Below are positions 25,320-26,227 of a stretch of DNA of 26,227 nt, piece after piece. The notes below the pieces were generated by a model. It made no database searches, was not told the DNA's origin, and was given only the letters and a program-made list of their open reading frames with translations. Position 1 is the first letter of the stretch, and each line of letters opens with the position of its first letter. This DNA comes from Pseudomonadota bacterium (GTDB taxonomy: Bacteria; UBA10199; 2-02-FULL-44-16; JAAZCA01): NCBI GenBank assembly GCA_043822785.1, contig JBDRBN010000062.1, positions 1 to 26,227 on the forward strand, in the 5' to 3' direction. The position numbers and the translations under genes were made by a program.

Positions 25320-26060
25320 TTACTCTTCTTCTTCGTCTGAAGCAGGTGCTGCGGCAACATAGATCAGGCGCTGGCAGTTCGGGCACACCCTAAGGCTTTC
25401 GCGTTTTAGCATCTCATTGTAGAGTTGAGGCGGTATCCTTCTGGAGCATCCTTGGCATATGCCCGATACAACACCGACCAATGCATCAGAATAGCGCTGC
25501 TTCATGACATTGTACTTTCGTAAAACATCGTTCTCTATACGCCCTTCAAGCTCAGGTCTCCTGGCAGACTTCTCATCTATTTGTCGACGAATTTCATCGT
25601 CTTCCTTTTGAATAGCCTGCTGGGCTACATTAAAGCCTGCTTCCTTTTCGGCAAAATCCTTTTCAAGTTGCGTGATTTCTTTTTTTAGGGTCTCAATACG
25701 CTCCATGGCCTGAATAATGCGGTCCTCGCGCTCGCGGTTTAGGCGCTTGCCCTCTGAGATTTCCTTTAGCGCTGCCTGATATTCCTTGTTTGTCTTTATC
25801 GCATAGAGCTTGGCCTCGCGTTCGCGCATATGGACTGTTTGGTCTTCAAGCTCAATTTCGTCAGTGCGCCTGGTTTGTTCAAGTTCAGATAATTCTGCCC
25901 TATGCGTCTCAAGATTGTGTTTAACGGAATTAAAGGCAGCCTGCACATCAGCTATCTTTGCAGGCAGTTCATTAAGTTTACGCCTGAGGATATGCAGGTT
26001 ATAGTCTATTTCCTGAAGTTCACAGAGAATGGAAAACTGCTCTTCAAATGATGCTGTCAT
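25320..26060 (-). CDS. C4-type zinc ribbon coiled-coil protein (COG1579)
   Basis: LQEID, a long coiled coil, NKEYQAL..EI and CQGC...CPNCQRLIY. Likely ATG 26060. The zinc ribbon-rnhA-rnpB order is typical. Confidence 0.93.
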   Translation of the reverse strand: MTASFEEQFSILCELQEIDYNLHILRRKLNELPAKIADVQAAFNSVKHNLETHRAELSELEQTRRTDEIELEDQTVHMREREAKLYAIKTNKEYQAALKEISEGKRLNREREDRIIQAMERIETLKKEITQLEKDFAEKEAGFNVAQQAIQKEDDEIRRQIDEKSARRPELEGRIENDVLRKYNVMKQRYSDALVGVVSGICQGCSRRIPPQLYNEMLKRESLRVCPNCQRLIYVAAAPASDEEEE

Positions 26061-26227
26061 CGACACCCCGATTTTCAAAATTAACCCAGACGTTTACGTC
26101 CTCGCAAAGTCATTGTCAATTACTTAGATGGCCTATGTGGTACCCAAGCGATAATGTCAGGGTAATTGCCCAAGGGAAAATGTCAGTAGATAATACCTTC
26201 TATGGGGTAAGCGTAGGAGGTGGAAGG

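Noticed and set aside
26138..26200. tRNA on the minus strand (TGGTACCCAAG start)
   Set aside because: No T-loop (TTCGA/TTCAA) signature or cloverleaf follows.

Overview
Bacterial chromosomal window with deltaproteobacterial/Myxococcota-like gene content (lineage inferred, not verified). Left end (minus strand): a lipoprotein-biogenesis operon, lgt - small lipoprotein - ileS - lspA - second divergent lgt - myxosortase-like CPBP intramembrane protease. Next come a sigma54-driven HExxH metalloprotease lipoprotein, a TIGR01212 radical SAM gene and an orphan clan-CD cysteine protease/thioredoxin fusion. A diverged tandem duplication of [RHH antitoxin-RelE toxin + TPR gene 3' end] shows reciprocal decay. 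The rest is ftsK-lolA, three tandem orphan membrane-protein paralogues, a frameshifted fadN plus a thiolase, a HEAT-repeat gene, an enlarged RNase P RNA carrying inserted palindromic repeats, rnhA, a 99-aa ORF and a C4 zinc-ribbon gene. The best candidates for undescribed biology are: (1) a divergent Lgt paralogue translationally coupled to a myxosortase-like protease; (2) orphan proteins with ~70-85 aa leaders in front of an internal Tat/Sec-like signal; (3) a shared GCAACTTTT-N11/12-mCGATA promoter-like motif 9 nt before two accessory genes; (4) repeat elements built into RNase P RNA. All family assignments come from motif recognition by eye; no searches were run.
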